A stretch of DNA of 64,000 bases from Solirubrobacteraceae bacterium (GTDB lineage Bacteria; Actinomycetota; Thermoleophilia; Solirubrobacterales; Solirubrobacteraceae): positions 11,306 through 75,305 of the forward strand of contig DASZLV010000166.1 in NCBI GenBank assembly GCA_035552215.1. Direction: 5' to 3'. Positions 17,976 through 27,861 of this stretch are shown here, in pieces. Positions within the stretch are counted from its first letter, which is position 1. Every line of letters begins with the position of its first letter. The translations under genes and the position numbers were made by a program. The notes under the pieces were generated by a model, which ran no database searches, was not told the DNA's origin, and saw only the letters and a program-made list of their open reading frames with translations.

Positions 17976-19892
17976 TCAGATCGCCAGGCCGGCGTCGGCG
18001 CCGGCGTTGATCGCGTGGACGAAGTCGGCGGGCTGAGAGGCATCGCCGAGGATCACGACTTCCATCCCGTCGAGGTGTTCGGCGAGCTCATTCCCGCGTG
18101 GACGCCAGCCGAGGGCAAGCGCGACGAGCTCGGCGCCCACCTCGCCGATTGAGCCATCGGCACGCTCGTAGAGCACGCGGTCCTGCTCGATCATGACCAC
18201 CTTGGCGCGGGTCAAGACGCGAACGCCGCGGTCCTTGAGGTGCCGGACGAGATGACGACGGGTGATCGGCTCGATCCCTTGGCCGATGGCTCCTCGCATT
18301 TCCAGGATTGCGACTTCGGCCGCGATCTCGACGAGTAGCTCAGCCGCCTCGCATCCGGTCGCGCTGCCTCCGACGACAGCTACGCGCTGGTCGGCGCGGA
18401 CGGGGATCGCCCCCGTGATGAGCGCCTGGGCGTCGAATACGTTGGCGTTCGAGATACCGGGGATCGGTGGCACGAGCGGTTCCGCGCCGGTGGCGAGAAC
18501 AACCACGTCGGGGTCCTCGGCGGCGACGGTCGCCGACGTCACCTCGACGCCCAGGTGCACGTCGACCTCGAGGTCACGCAGGGTTTGCGCCTGGAAGTCG
18601 CGAAAGCGCAAGACCTCACGCTTGCTAGGCGCGAGGCCTGCGACCTCGAGCTTGCCGCCGAGCTTTGGCCCACGCTCCCAGATCGACACATGGTGGCCGC
18701 GAATGCGTGCGATCCGCGCCGTCTCCATACCCGCGGGGCCAGAACCGACGACCATCACTCGCCGCTGGTGTTTAGGCGGGACGACCTCCCAGGTCAGGTC
18801 GCGCCCGACCTCGGGATTGACCGAGCATCGCGCGGGCTCGCCGCGCCCGACGAGATCCACGCAGGCATTGCAGGCGATGCACGGCCGCAGAGAGGCCTCG
18901 TCATGAGCCTCGACCTTGCGCGGCCAGTCGGGCTCGGCGATGAGCGCTCGGCCCAGGAGAATGAGGTCAGCATCCCCGTCGGCGATGACCTTGGCGGCGA
19001 GCGCCGGGTCATCGAGCCGACCGACTGCGATCACGGGCACGTTCACGGCCTCCTTGATCCGGGCGGCGAGATGGATCATGTGTCCCCGGGGAACGAACAT
19101 CGGGGCCAGGGTCACGTGCAGGGTGTGCCAGGTGCCGGCGGAGACGCTGATCGCGGCGGCCCCGGCCTCCTCCATCCATCGCGCGACCTCGGTCGCTTCC
19201 TCGGGCCCGAAGCCCCCCGCCACGCAGTCGTCGCCGTTGATCCGCCAGATCAGCGGGTAGTCGTCGCTCGTGGCCTCGCGGATCGCCGTGGCGATCTCGA
19301 GGCTGAAGCGGGCTCGGTTGGCGAGCGTACCGCCGTACTCGTCCTCTCGCCGGTTCACGAGCGGCGAGAGGAAGTCCGACGGGAGATACCCGTGAGCGCC
19401 ATGGACCTCGACGAAGTCGAAGCCCGCTTCGCGGGCGAGGACCGCCGCGCGTCCGTAGTCGGCGACGATCGAGGCGATCTCCGCTTGCGTCACCTCGTGC
19501 GGCGTGGTCGCGGCGGAATTGAGCGGAACCGGCGACGGCGCCACGCTCGGGCCGGCAACCACCTGGCGCCCTGGATGCATGAGCTGAACGCCGACCGTCA
19601 CATCGTAGGGTCGCAGGGCCTCGACGAGACGGGTAAGACCGGCGAGGTACTGCCGGCCGTGGATCCCTGGCTCAGGGCCGATGGTATCGGGGGAAACCAG
19701 GCAACCTTCAACCGTGATCGTCCCGACGCCCCCTTGCGCTCGTCGCTTGTAATAGGCGATCGCCTCATCGGTGATGAAGCCTCCACGGTCGAGGCATGTC
19801 CCCATCGGCGCCATGATCACCCGGTTCTTCAGCACCAGTGTGCCGAGCTCGAATGGCTCGAAGAGAGCCTGGGTGCCGGCCGCCGAGAGCAT
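17976..19892 (-). CDS. NADH:flavin oxidoreductase (OYE/2,4-dienoyl-CoA reductase/BaiCD-BaiH-like)
   Basis: KNRVIMAPM, EVHGAHGYL, NRREDEYGG, CIACNAC...CSVNP Fe-S motif, GSGPAG and GGSATG. Confidence 0.93.
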   Translation of the reverse strand: MLSAAGTQALFEPFELGTLVLKNRVIMAPMGTCLDRGGFITDEAIAYYKRRAQGGVGTITVEGCLVSPDTIGPEPGIHGRQYLAGLTRLVEALRPYDVTVGVQLMHPGRQVVAGPSVAPSPVPLNSAATTPHEVTQAEIASIVADYGRAAVLAREAGFDFVEVHGAHGYLPSDFLSPLVNRREDEYGGTLANRARFSLEIATAIREATSDDYPLIWRINGDDCVAGGFGPEEATEVARWMEEAGAAAISVSAGTWHTLHVTLAPMFVPRGHMIHLAARIKEAVNVPVIAVGRLDDPALAAKVIADGDADLILLGRALIAEPDWPRKVEAHDEASLRPCIACNACVDLVGRGEPARCSVNPEVGRDLTWEVVPPKHQRRVMVVGSGPAGMETARIARIRGHHVSIWERGPKLGGKLEVAGLAPSKREVLRFRDFQAQTLRDLEVDVHLGVEVTSATVAAEDPDVVVLATGAEPLVPPIPGISNANVFDAQALITGAIPVRADQRVAVVGGSATGCEAAELLVEIAAEVAILEMRGAIGQGIEPITRRHLVRHLKDRGVRVLTRAKVVMIEQDRVLYERADGSIGEVGAELVALALGWRPRGNELAEHLDGMEVVILGDASQPADFVHAINAGADAGLAI

Positions 19893-19924
19893 GTTCGCGT
19901 ACGGTAGCGTCGAGGGCGCGGCTA

Positions 19925-19942
19925 ATCAACCAAGCGGTAGGT
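19925..19942. promoter_or_regulatory. double TetR operator ATCAACCAAGCGGTAGGT in the divergent OYE/ligase promoter
   Basis: Core ACCAAGCGGTAGGT at 19929..19942. Confidence 0.8.
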
Positions 19943-19997
19943 CAGTTCGCAAGGTAGAATCTCCCGCGCACGGCACGAGGATCGAGAGCGAGCGGGT

Positions 19998-21632
19998 ATG
20001 CAGCTGTCCAATGAGAGCGTCCCACCGGCTGACCAGGTCACCACGCACCCTTCGATGCGCTGGCGCTCGGTCAGCGAGCTTGTCGATGCGCGAGCGGCGA
20101 GCACGCCTGACGCTCCGGCAGCCGCCTTTCCCACCGGCGAGAGCTCCTACGCCGAGCTCGCCGCCTCGAGCCTGGTCGCGGCCCGCAAGCTCAGGGCGGC
20201 GGGCGTGGGTCCCGGCGACCGCGTCGGAATCTTGCTGCGCGAGGCCTGTGAACCCTATGCCGCCCTCGGCCTTGGTGCCATGCGCCTCGGTGCGATGTGC
20301 GTGGCCATCAACGCCCGCAATAAAACGCACGAGCTGGCCTACGTTACCGAGCACGCGGGTTTGCGCGTGCTCCTTTCCTCCGCCGAGTTCGAGCCGCTCC
20401 TTGATGAAGCCGGGCTCCCGGACGGCTGCGTCAGGATCATCATCGGCGATCCGGAGTTCCACGCGGGTGCCGACCAGGTTTCACCCACAGAGGTAGCCGA
20501 GCTCGAAGGCGCCGTTGACCGCGACACGCCGGCCCTGCTGCTCTACACGTCCGGCAGCACGGCGAACCCGAAGGGCTGCCTGCACACTCACGGAACGATG
20601 CTCGCCGAGGGCTATAACTGCCTCGAGAGGCTCGAGCTCACTCCGGGTGATCGCTTCTGGACGCCGCTGGCGATGTTCCACGTTGGCGGCTGGCAAGTCC
20701 TGATGTCAGCGCTCGCGGCGGGCGCCTGCTTCAGCCATGCCGGGATGTTCGAGGCGGACAGCGCATTGGACCAGCTCGAGCGCGAGCGAGTGACAGTCGC
20801 CATGCCGGCCTTCGAGCTCATCTGGATGTCGGTCCTCGAGCATCCTCGCTTGTCCGAGACCGACCTGAGCGCGCTGCGCGTCGTCATGAACGTCGGCGTG
20901 CCGGAGCGCCTGCAGCACATGCAGGCGCTCCTCCCCCACGTCGTGCAGCTATCGATGATCGGCATGACGGAGTCCTGCGGTTCGATCTGCATGGGGTCGC
21001 CTGGCGACTCGCTGTACTCGCGCACACACACATCTGGACGTCCTCTGCCTGGGATGGAGGTGCGTGTCGTCGACCCAGAGACCGGCGAGGAGTGCCCGGC
21101 TGGCGTACCCGGGGAGCTGCTCTTCCGAGGCGTCACCCGGCTCGCCGAGTACTACCGCGACCCGCAGACGACGGCGAGCATGATCGACTCCGATGGCTGG
21201 CTCCACACGGGAGACCTGGTACGCCAGGACGAGGACGGCGCCATCGGCTTCGTCAATCGCCTGAAGGACATGCTCAAGGTTGGCGGTGAGAACGCTTCAG
21301 CAGCGGAAATCGAGGGCTATCTCATCAATCACCCCGCGGTCGCCGTGGCCGCCGTGGTCGGCGCGCCGGATTCCCGCTATGGCGAGGTCGCTGCCGCCTT
21401 CGTGAAGACCGTGCCCGGAATGGACGTCACTGAGCAGGAGCTCATCGACTACTGCGTCGGGCACATCGCGACCTACAAGGTTCCCCGCTACATCCGCTTC
21501 GTGGACGACTATCCGACCACCGCCACCCAGAAGATCAAGAAGTTCGAACTGCGCACGCGGATCGAGTGTGAGCTCCGCGATCGCGGCATCTCCGAGGCAC
21601 CCAAGCTCGACAGCCGGCGCTCGGGCTCCTAA
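19998..21632 (+). CDS. acyl-CoA synthetase (AMP-binding)
   Basis: YTSGSTANPKG, GMTE, WLHTGD and KDMLKVGGEN motifs. Confidence 0.93.
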   Translation: MQLSNESVPPADQVTTHPSMRWRSVSELVDARAASTPDAPAAAFPTGESSYAELAASSLVAARKLRAAGVGPGDRVGILLREACEPYAALGLGAMRLGAMCVAINARNKTHELAYVTEHAGLRVLLSSAEFEPLLDEAGLPDGCVRIIIGDPEFHAGADQVSPTEVAELEGAVDRDTPALLLYTSGSTANPKGCLHTHGTMLAEGYNCLERLELTPGDRFWTPLAMFHVGGWQVLMSALAAGACFSHAGMFEADSALDQLERERVTVAMPAFELIWMSVLEHPRLSETDLSALRVVMNVGVPERLQHMQALLPHVVQLSMIGMTESCGSICMGSPGDSLYSRTHTSGRPLPGMEVRVVDPETGEECPAGVPGELLFRGVTRLAEYYRDPQTTASMIDSDGWLHTGDLVRQDEDGAIGFVNRLKDMLKVGGENASAAEIEGYLINHPAVAVAAVVGAPDSRYGEVAAAFVKTVPGMDVTEQELIDYCVGHIATYKVPRYIRFVDDYPTTATQKIKKFELRTRIECELRDRGISEAPKLDSRRSGS

Positions 21633-22624
21633 CTCAGACCCATCAACCCGACTTCGAGCAGACGGTCGATGCTGTGCCGGAAGCGCTCGAGGTAGGGGTC
21701 ATGCCGGCGCCCCTCGCGATGGCGCCTGAGGTTGTGGCCCTGGATCGCCGCGAGCTTGAAGCAGGCCAGGGCACGGAACCAATCGAGATCGTCAACCGCT
21801 CTCCCCGTCAGTTCCTCGTAGCGGGCGACCACGGCAGCGCCCTCCGGGGTTCCGCCTACTGGTTGCGCGAGGCCCCCGAAGGCCGAGGGGTCTGTGAAGA
21901 GAACGAGCCAACCGAGATCGGCTCGCGGATCGCCGAGCGACCAGATTTCCCAGTCGATGAGCGCCCGTATGACTCCGTCGTGCCGGAGCATGTTGCCAAT
22001 GCGGAAGTCACCGTGGAGGAGTCCGAGGCGCGCGGCGCGCGGGGCGCGCGCCTCGAGGGCATGGGCGAGCGGCGCGGCTTTAGCCTCGAGATCCTGACCC
22101 GCTGATCTCGCCGTCGCCCGCCAGCGTGCAAGCTCATCGGCGGGGCTGCGCCTAGGCTCGCCGGCGCCCAGACCGAGCTCATCGGGGTCGGCGCGCGAGA
22201 GCTCGGCGAGGTTGACGACGGCCTGTTCCCACAGACCTGCGATCACATCCGGTGGCTCAGGGAGACCGCCTTCGGAGAGCAACGGCTCATCGCCCCGCCC
22301 GTCGATGTGCTCCATCGCGAAGAACGGCGGCGCGCCCGCGTCAGAGAAGTAGACCTCGGGCACCTCCAGGCCTCCCCAGTCGTGCAATGCCTGAATGACG
22401 CGCGCCTGGCGGAGCACATCGTGGCGGCCGACTGGCTCGCGGCCCTCCGGGGCCGACTTGACGACGATCAGGCGCTCGGATCCGTCAGCGACCGAGAGGG
22501 CCGCCACCCAAGTCAGCCCGGAATGGCCGCCTGCCAGCGGGGCCAGCTCAGCGAGGCGGCTGGCGCCGAAGCGCCGGCGTGCCGCTGAGGCAATCCGCGA
22601 GTGGAGATCTGTCGTAGCGGACAC
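21629..22624 (-). CDS. APH-family phosphotransferase (ACAD10/LvaA-like kinase domain)
   Basis: GGHSGLT, HDVLRQ, HGDFRIGN, IDWE and GDPRADLG motifs; start approximate. Confidence 0.88.
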   Translation of the reverse strand: MSATTDLHSRIASAARRRFGASRLAELAPLAGGHSGLTWVAALSVADGSERLIVVKSAPEGREPVGRHDVLRQARVIQALHDWGGLEVPEVYFSDAGAPPFFAMEHIDGRGDEPLLSEGGLPEPPDVIAGLWEQAVVNLAELSRADPDELGLGAGEPRRSPADELARWRATARSAGQDLEAKAAPLAHALEARAPRAARLGLLHGDFRIGNMLRHDGVIRALIDWEIWSLGDPRADLGWLVLFTDPSAFGGLAQPVGGTPEGAAVVARYEELTGRAVDDLDWFRALACFKLAAIQGHNLRRHREGRRHDPYLERFRHSIDRLLEVGLMGLS

Positions 22625-22659
22625 GATCACGCCAATGCCAAGTGTACCCACGCTCGCCA

Positions 22660-22673
22660 ACCGAGCGTTTGGT
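22660..22673. promoter_or_regulatory. TetR operator ACCGAGCGTTTGGT in the divergent APH/LLM promoter
   Basis: Motif match. Confidence 0.82.
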
Positions 22674-22711
22674 AGCTACTTGGCTGATGACGCGATAGGT
22701 TTAGGCCACCT

Positions 22712-23650
22712 GTGGAAGCGCCTGTCCCATGCCCGGCACCGCCGCTCACGGTGCGCGTCGGTGTCGGCATCAATCCGTTCGCCACTGACGGCTTGACCGA
22801 CGGGAGCTTCTGGGCCGCCGTTCAGGCCATGGAGGAGCTCGGCTTTGACTCGATCTGGCTCAGCGACACTGCCACGCTCTCGGGTCTGGCGCCCATACCG
22901 GCGCTTGCGGCCATCGCGGCCCGGACCGAGCGGCTGAAGCTCGGAACCAGCGTCCTTGTCATGCCTCCACGCAATCCGGTACTCCTCGCCCGCGAGCTGG
23001 CCACGGTCGACGCAATCTCGGGCGGTCGCCTGCTCCCGGCAGGCGGGCTTGGAATCGACACGGCCGCCGAACTCGAGGCGATGGGCATCGCCCGCGAAGA
23101 GCGCGTCGCTCGTCTCGAGGAGTCGATCGGGCTGATCAAGGCCCTGTGGGCCGGAGCGCCGGTCACCCTGCGCGGGCGTTTCTGGTCCGTGAGCGAACTG
23201 ACGCTCAACCCGCGACCGACGCGGCCCAAGCTCGAGTTCTGGCTCGGCGGACGGGTGCCCGCCGCTCTACGCCGGGTCGGCCGGATCGCCGACGGCTGGC
23301 TTGCCTCCTTTGTCAGCCCCGACGAGTTTCCGGCCATGTCCGAGCAAATCCGTGGCGCCGCAGCGAGCGCCGGACGCGCGATCGACGAGGACCATTACGG
23401 CGCGGTCGTGTTCGCCGCCCCCTCCCCGGACGAGCTGCCCCCGGGCGCGATGGCGCGGATCCATCGGCGTCCCGATCTCGCGCGCGAGGACTGCATCGCC
23501 TTCGGTACAGACGAGCTCCGCGATCTCCTCGAGCGCTTTCGCGCCGCCGGGGCGTCGAAGTTCGTCGTCATCCCGGTCGCGCGCGACCCCGTCGACTGGC
23601 TCGGCGAGCTCCACGCCGGCGCGGTCGCCCCCATCGAGGCCGCCGGCTGA
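22712..23650 (+). CDS. LLM class oxidoreductase (probably F420-dependent)
   Basis: GFDSIWLSD, LGTSVLV, RNPVLLARELATVD.ISGGR and RRVGRIADGW motifs. Confidence 0.9.
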   Translation: MEAPVPCPAPPLTVRVGVGINPFATDGLTDGSFWAAVQAMEELGFDSIWLSDTATLSGLAPIPALAAIAARTERLKLGTSVLVMPPRNPVLLARELATVDAISGGRLLPAGGLGIDTAAELEAMGIAREERVARLEESIGLIKALWAGAPVTLRGRFWSVSELTLNPRPTRPKLEFWLGGRVPAALRRVGRIADGWLASFVSPDEFPAMSEQIRGAAASAGRAIDEDHYGAVVFAAPSPDELPPGAMARIHRRPDLAREDCIAFGTDELRDLLERFRAAGASKFVVIPVARDPVDWLGELHAGAVAPIEAAG

Positions 23651-23692
23651 AGTCGCCTCCAGAACCGCCGAGAAGTGTTCGACCGCTCTGCG

Positions 23693-24910
23693 TCAGGCGC
23701 GCTCGAACCAGAGCTGCAGCGAACTGGGGGCGCGGAAGTACAGGCTCGGCGAGTGCTTGAAATCGTTCTTGCCCTCGGCCAAGCGGATGTCCTTGAGACG
23801 CGTGAACAGCTGCTCGAACGAGATCCGTCCCTCGAGTCGTGAGATCGGCGCACCGATGCAGAAGTGGGGGCCGTGGCCGAAACCGACGTGCTTCTCGACG
23901 TTCGTCCGCCGGACGTCGAAGTCGGCTGGGCAGCTGAATCTCTCAGGATCGCGGTTGGCCGCGGAGTAGAGGATGAGAAGACAGGATCCCCGGGGAATCT
24001 TCACTCCACCGAGCTCGGTGTCGACGACCGCGTAGCGCGGCTGATACTGGGCCGGCGACTCCAGGCGGATCACCTCTTCGACCATGCGCGGGATCAGCGA
24101 GAAGTCGTTCTGCACGAGCTCCATCTGATCAGGGTGCCGCAGCAGCAGCGACATCGCGCTCGCCGCCATGTGCGCGGTCGTCGTGATGCCGCCGGCTAGC
24201 AGCACATTGGCTTCTACGGCCAGGTATTCGATGTTCGGAGCGCCGCCGCTCGCTTCGGTGTGGTTCGCGATCACCTCGCTGAGAACGTCATCGCCAGGCC
24301 GCTCGAGCTTCTCGAGGACCTTCGCGCGCAGGTACTCGACGAGCTTCGCGCCGTTGGCCTCCTGCCGCTCCTGGCGCTCGATCGGGTGGTAGCGAACCGC
24401 CTGCGCCTCGAATGTCCCGACGAGGTGCTCGAGCCAGCTTGCGTCCTCGCGCGGAAGCCCGAGCAGCCTGCACGTCACGAGCAACGAGAGCGGATTGGCG
24501 AACGCGGTCACGAACTCCATCTCGCCATGGTCGATGAAGCCATCGATGAGCCCGTCGACGACCTCTCTGACGATGGGCTCGAGTCCACGGATCTTGGCCG
24601 GGGTGAACGACCGGTAGATGAGCTTTCGCAGCGGAGTGTGATCGGGCGGATCCTTGGCGATCATCGTCTCCGACCATCCCGGCGACCACGGTGCGTCCGC
24701 CGGATAGCTCGAGAAGATCTCCGAATGCGAGGTCACGAAGGTCAGGTCCTCGTGACGGGTGACGAGGAACTCCTCGCGGCCCGGCACCTTGTAGACAGGG
24801 CTTTCCGCGCGCAGGCGATCGAACATCGGGAAAGGACATTCCGCGTGCTCGAACGACGGATACACGGGGGCAAAATCGGAACCCGACGCCGGGGATTGGA
24901 CTGTGGACAC
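23693..24910 (-). CDS. cytochrome P450
   Basis: DPPDHT.LR, EEVIRLESP, ANRDPERF and FGHGPHFCIGA motifs; start GTG after a GGGAGG RBS. Confidence 0.95.
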   Translation of the reverse strand: MSTVQSPASGSDFAPVYPSFEHAECPFPMFDRLRAESPVYKVPGREEFLVTRHEDLTFVTSHSEIFSSYPADAPWSPGWSETMIAKDPPDHTPLRKLIYRSFTPAKIRGLEPIVREVVDGLIDGFIDHGEMEFVTAFANPLSLLVTCRLLGLPREDASWLEHLVGTFEAQAVRYHPIERQERQEANGAKLVEYLRAKVLEKLERPGDDVLSEVIANHTEASGGAPNIEYLAVEANVLLAGGITTTAHMAASAMSLLLRHPDQMELVQNDFSLIPRMVEEVIRLESPAQYQPRYAVVDTELGGVKIPRGSCLLILYSAANRDPERFSCPADFDVRRTNVEKHVGFGHGPHFCIGAPISRLEGRISFEQLFTRLKDIRLAEGKNDFKHSPSLYFRAPSSLQLWFERA

Positions 24911-24983
24911 TCGCTCGCCTCCCTTTCCAGTACGGCCTGCCAGGTCAGCGACGACGCGCGAGTGGCACGCCGCTGGCACTTTG

Positions 24984-25001
24984 ACCAAACGGCTGTTTGG
25001 T
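24984..25001. promoter_or_regulatory. double TetR operator ACCAAACGGCTGTTTGGT upstream of P450
   Basis: 18-bp near-palindrome equivalent to two sites offset by 4 bp. Confidence 0.75.
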
Positions 25002-25075
25002 TCCGCGATCATAGCGTGGTCGCCGACGAGACCGGTAGATGCCCCCAACGGGACCTCTAAGCGCTTTCTAAATCC

Positions 25076-25117
25076 ACCAAGCGGTCGTTTGCTTTTTGAA
25101 AGTCCGTCCACTATCCT
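25076..25117 (+). promoter_or_regulatory. double operator ACCAAGCGGTCGTTTGCT overlapping the promoter TTGCTT-N17-TATCCT of the ABC operon
   Basis: 23 bp identical to 30966..30988; 17-bp spacer counted. Confidence 0.75.
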
Positions 25118-25177
25118 GCTCGCCATGCTCAACCCGCCTTGCCGCCGGGAATCGCACGCGTCAGCGGCAACAGCGCG

Positions 25178-26740
25178 ATGACGCCACAAGTGATAGCTGG
25201 CCAATCGGAAGTCCCCGCCGGCGACGCCCAAGGCCATCCGGCGCTTCGCCTCGAGCACCTGTCGAAGACGTTCCCGGGGACTCGAGCTTTGATCGACGCC
25301 TCGATCGACGCCTACCGCGGCGAGGTTCTGGCCCTGCTCGGGCACAACGGGTCGGGGAAGTCGACGCTCATCAAGGTTCTCGCCGGGTTCCATCAGCCTG
25401 ACCCGGGCGCCGCCGCCTGGGTCGACGAGGAACCCATCCGCCTCGGTGACCCCGACGCCGCCAAGAACCATGGCCTTCGCTTCGTCCACCAGGACCTCGG
25501 CCTGATCAGAGAGCTCAACGCGGTGGACAACGTCGCCCTCACAATCGGCTACGTCCGGACGCGTTCGGGCCGGGTCGACCAGAGCAGGCAGAAAGCGAGA
25601 ACCTCCGAGCTCCTCGGTCGCTTCGGCGTCGAGCTCGATGTGACACAGCCCCTCGGCGACGCGTCACCAGTGGAACGGACATCGGTTGCCATCGCGCGTG
25701 CGATGTGGGACTGGGATCTGGGCCCTCGCATCCTGGTTCTCGACGAGCCGACCGCCTCGCTGCCCTCGCGCGAGGTATCGCGGCTCTTCGACGTGATTCG
25801 TGAGGTCCGCACGGCTGGTCATGCCGTGATCTACGTCTCGCACCGGATGGAGGAGATCTTCGACATCGCGGACCGTGTGCTCGTTCTCCGCACCGGCCGC
25901 GTCGTTGGACGCGGCATGGTCAACGACCGAACGCCGGCTGAGCTGGCATCGCTGATCGCTGGGCACGCGATGTCAGACGACGCGCCGCAAGAGCGCGCCT
26001 CCGGTAACGGCGAGCTCGCACTGCAGATCCGCTCCCTGCGCGGGCGGTTCCTCGACGGCGTCGACCTCGACCTGCACCGGGGAGAGATCCTCGGCGTTGC
26101 CGGTCTGCTGGGGTCGGGTCGCGACGAATTGCCCTACGCGGTCGCCGGTGCGGTGCGGTCCGAGAGCGACGGACCGTGGCAGCTGGGTGACCGGAAGATC
26201 GAGCCGCCTACGACGGTCACCGCGCCGGCGCTGGGGATCGCGTTCGTGCCCGCCGAGCGAGATCGCGAAGGACTGATCCCCGAGTTCACGGTTGCCGAGA
26301 ACCTCACCCTGGGCGCGCTTCCAGAACTGCGCGAACGCGGCGGGTTCCTGAGGCCACGGCGGGAGTCCGCCCAGGCGCGCCGGTGGCTCGCTGAGATCGG
26401 CATCGACGAGGCGACCGCGGACCGTCCGGTCACGTCGCTCTCGGGCGGGAACAAGCAGCGCGTGCTCATGGCCCGGTGCCTCTATACCAATCCAACCCTG
26501 CTGGTCCTGGCCGAGCCAACTGCCGGGGTCGACGTCGGGGCACGGCAAGCGCTCTATGACCTGTTGCGCGAACGAGCAGAGAAGGGTCTGAGCATCCTCC
26601 TCTGCTCCTCGGATACTCAGGATCTCGTCGGTGTATGTGACCGCGTCCTGGTGATGACTAATGGGCGGATCGCAGATCAGATGACTGGGAGAGATATCAA
26701 CGCCGAACGGATCGTATCCGTCATGGAGAGGGTCAGATGA
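25178..26740 (+). CDS. sugar-type (CUT2/RbsA-like) ABC transporter ATP-binding protein
   Basis: GHNGSGKST, LVLDEPT, YVSH and a second domain with LSGGNKQ. Confidence 0.93.
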   Translation: MTPQVIAGQSEVPAGDAQGHPALRLEHLSKTFPGTRALIDASIDAYRGEVLALLGHNGSGKSTLIKVLAGFHQPDPGAAAWVDEEPIRLGDPDAAKNHGLRFVHQDLGLIRELNAVDNVALTIGYVRTRSGRVDQSRQKARTSELLGRFGVELDVTQPLGDASPVERTSVAIARAMWDWDLGPRILVLDEPTASLPSREVSRLFDVIREVRTAGHAVIYVSHRMEEIFDIADRVLVLRTGRVVGRGMVNDRTPAELASLIAGHAMSDDAPQERASGNGELALQIRSLRGRFLDGVDLDLHRGEILGVAGLLGSGRDELPYAVAGAVRSESDGPWQLGDRKIEPPTTVTAPALGIAFVPAERDREGLIPEFTVAENLTLGALPELRERGGFLRPRRESAQARRWLAEIGIDEATADRPVTSLSGGNKQRVLMARCLYTNPTLLVLAEPTAGVDVGARQALYDLLRERAEKGLSILLCSSDTQDLVGVCDRVLVMTNGRIADQMTGRDINAERIVSVMERVR

Positions 26741-27792
26741 GTCAGATTGTCAAGGACAAGAGCTCGGCGGTGACGCGTGAGGAGCCGTCCCCCCGCGGTA
26801 CGCCTTCCGCTCCATCAGCCCTGGATCGGGTCCTACGTGCCAGTCGCGTGCAGAAGATCGGCGCGGTCTACGTCCTCTTCGTGATCGTCGTGATCTTCAG
26901 CGTCTGGAAGCCAAGCCTCTTCCCGAACTGGACAACCGCGAAGTCGGTGGTGAATGAGAACGCGATCGCGGCGCTGGCCGCGATGGCGATCATCGTGCCG
27001 CTATGCACCGGCACCTTCGACCTGTCGATCGGCAACGTCATGGCGCTCGTGAGCGTCTCCCTCGCCTGGCTGATCGTCCAGCATGGGGTGGGCATCGGAC
27101 TGGCCATCGTCATCGTCCTGGGGATGGCCCTCCTCGTCGGCGTCTTCAACGCCTTCATCGTCGTCGTGCTCGGCATCGACTCGTTCATCGCCACGCTCGG
27201 CTCAGGTGCCGTCCTCCAGGCGATCAATTATCTGATCAGCAAGGACGAGACGGTTACCAATCCCCATATGAGCTCCGCCTTCGGCAGCATCGCGCAGTCG
27301 AGCGTCGGCGGCATCCAGGTTCCCGTCTTCGTCGTAGTCGCAATCGCACTCGGGCTATGGTGGCTGCTGGAACACACCGTGACCGGAAGGCGGCTTTACG
27401 CCATCGGATTCAACGAAGAGGCTTCCCGCCTGGCCGGCGTGCGAACGAAGCGACTGCGCTTCATGGGCCTGATGATCTCGGCGACGTTGGCCGGCATCGC
27501 CGGGGTAATGCTCACCTCACAGATCGGCAGCGGCTCGCCGGACGTCGGTCCCGCCTACCTCCTCGATGCCTTCGCGGCCGCCTTCCTCGGCGCGACACAG
27601 ATCCGTGCCGGGCGATTCAACGCCGCCGGCACGCTGATCGCGGTGTTGGTCCTCGGCGTCGGCACGACCGGCCTGACCATCGTCGGGGCGCAGGCATGGG
27701 CTCTCAGCCTTTACACGGGCGTGGTTCTCATCATCGCGCTGGCGCTGACGCGGATCGAACGTCGCCAAGTGCAAACCGGCCACGCTGCGTAG
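26737..27792 (+). CDS. ABC transporter permease (RbsC-like)
   Basis: FDLSIG, FIATLG, GRRLYAIG.NEEASRLAGV and AAAFLG motifs; multiple TM helices. Confidence 0.93.
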   Translation: MSQIVKDKSSAVTREEPSPRGTPSAPSALDRVLRASRVQKIGAVYVLFVIVVIFSVWKPSLFPNWTTAKSVVNENAIAALAAMAIIVPLCTGTFDLSIGNVMALVSVSLAWLIVQHGVGIGLAIVIVLGMALLVGVFNAFIVVVLGIDSFIATLGSGAVLQAINYLISKDETVTNPHMSSAFGSIAQSSVGGIQVPVFVVVAIALGLWWLLEHTVTGRRLYAIGFNEEASRLAGVRTKRLRFMGLMISATLAGIAGVMLTSQIGSGSPDVGPAYLLDAFAAAFLGATQIRAGRFNAAGTLIAVLVLGVGTTGLTIVGAQAWALSLYTGVVLIIALALTRIERRQVQTGHAA

Positions 27793-27861
27793 AGACGGCG
27801 CCGGCCCATCGCCGGCGATCCACCAATACCGGTCCCACGCACCTCACACAGGAGAGAGTCG

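Noticed and set aside
13014-19892. Resemblance to the equol or bai pathways (OYE + SDR + VOC/SnoaL + FAD enzyme)
   Set aside because: Only fold-level similarity among very common families; orthology cannot be shown from the sequence alone.
24911-25489. N-terminal extension of the P450 in the ORF track (598 aa)
   Set aside because: It overlaps the divergent promoter, two operators and the ABC ATPase gene; an RBS supports the start at 24910.
26490-26530. Walker B variant LVLAEPT in the second ABC domain
   Set aside because: One degenerate nucleotide-binding site is common in tandem CUT2 ATPases.
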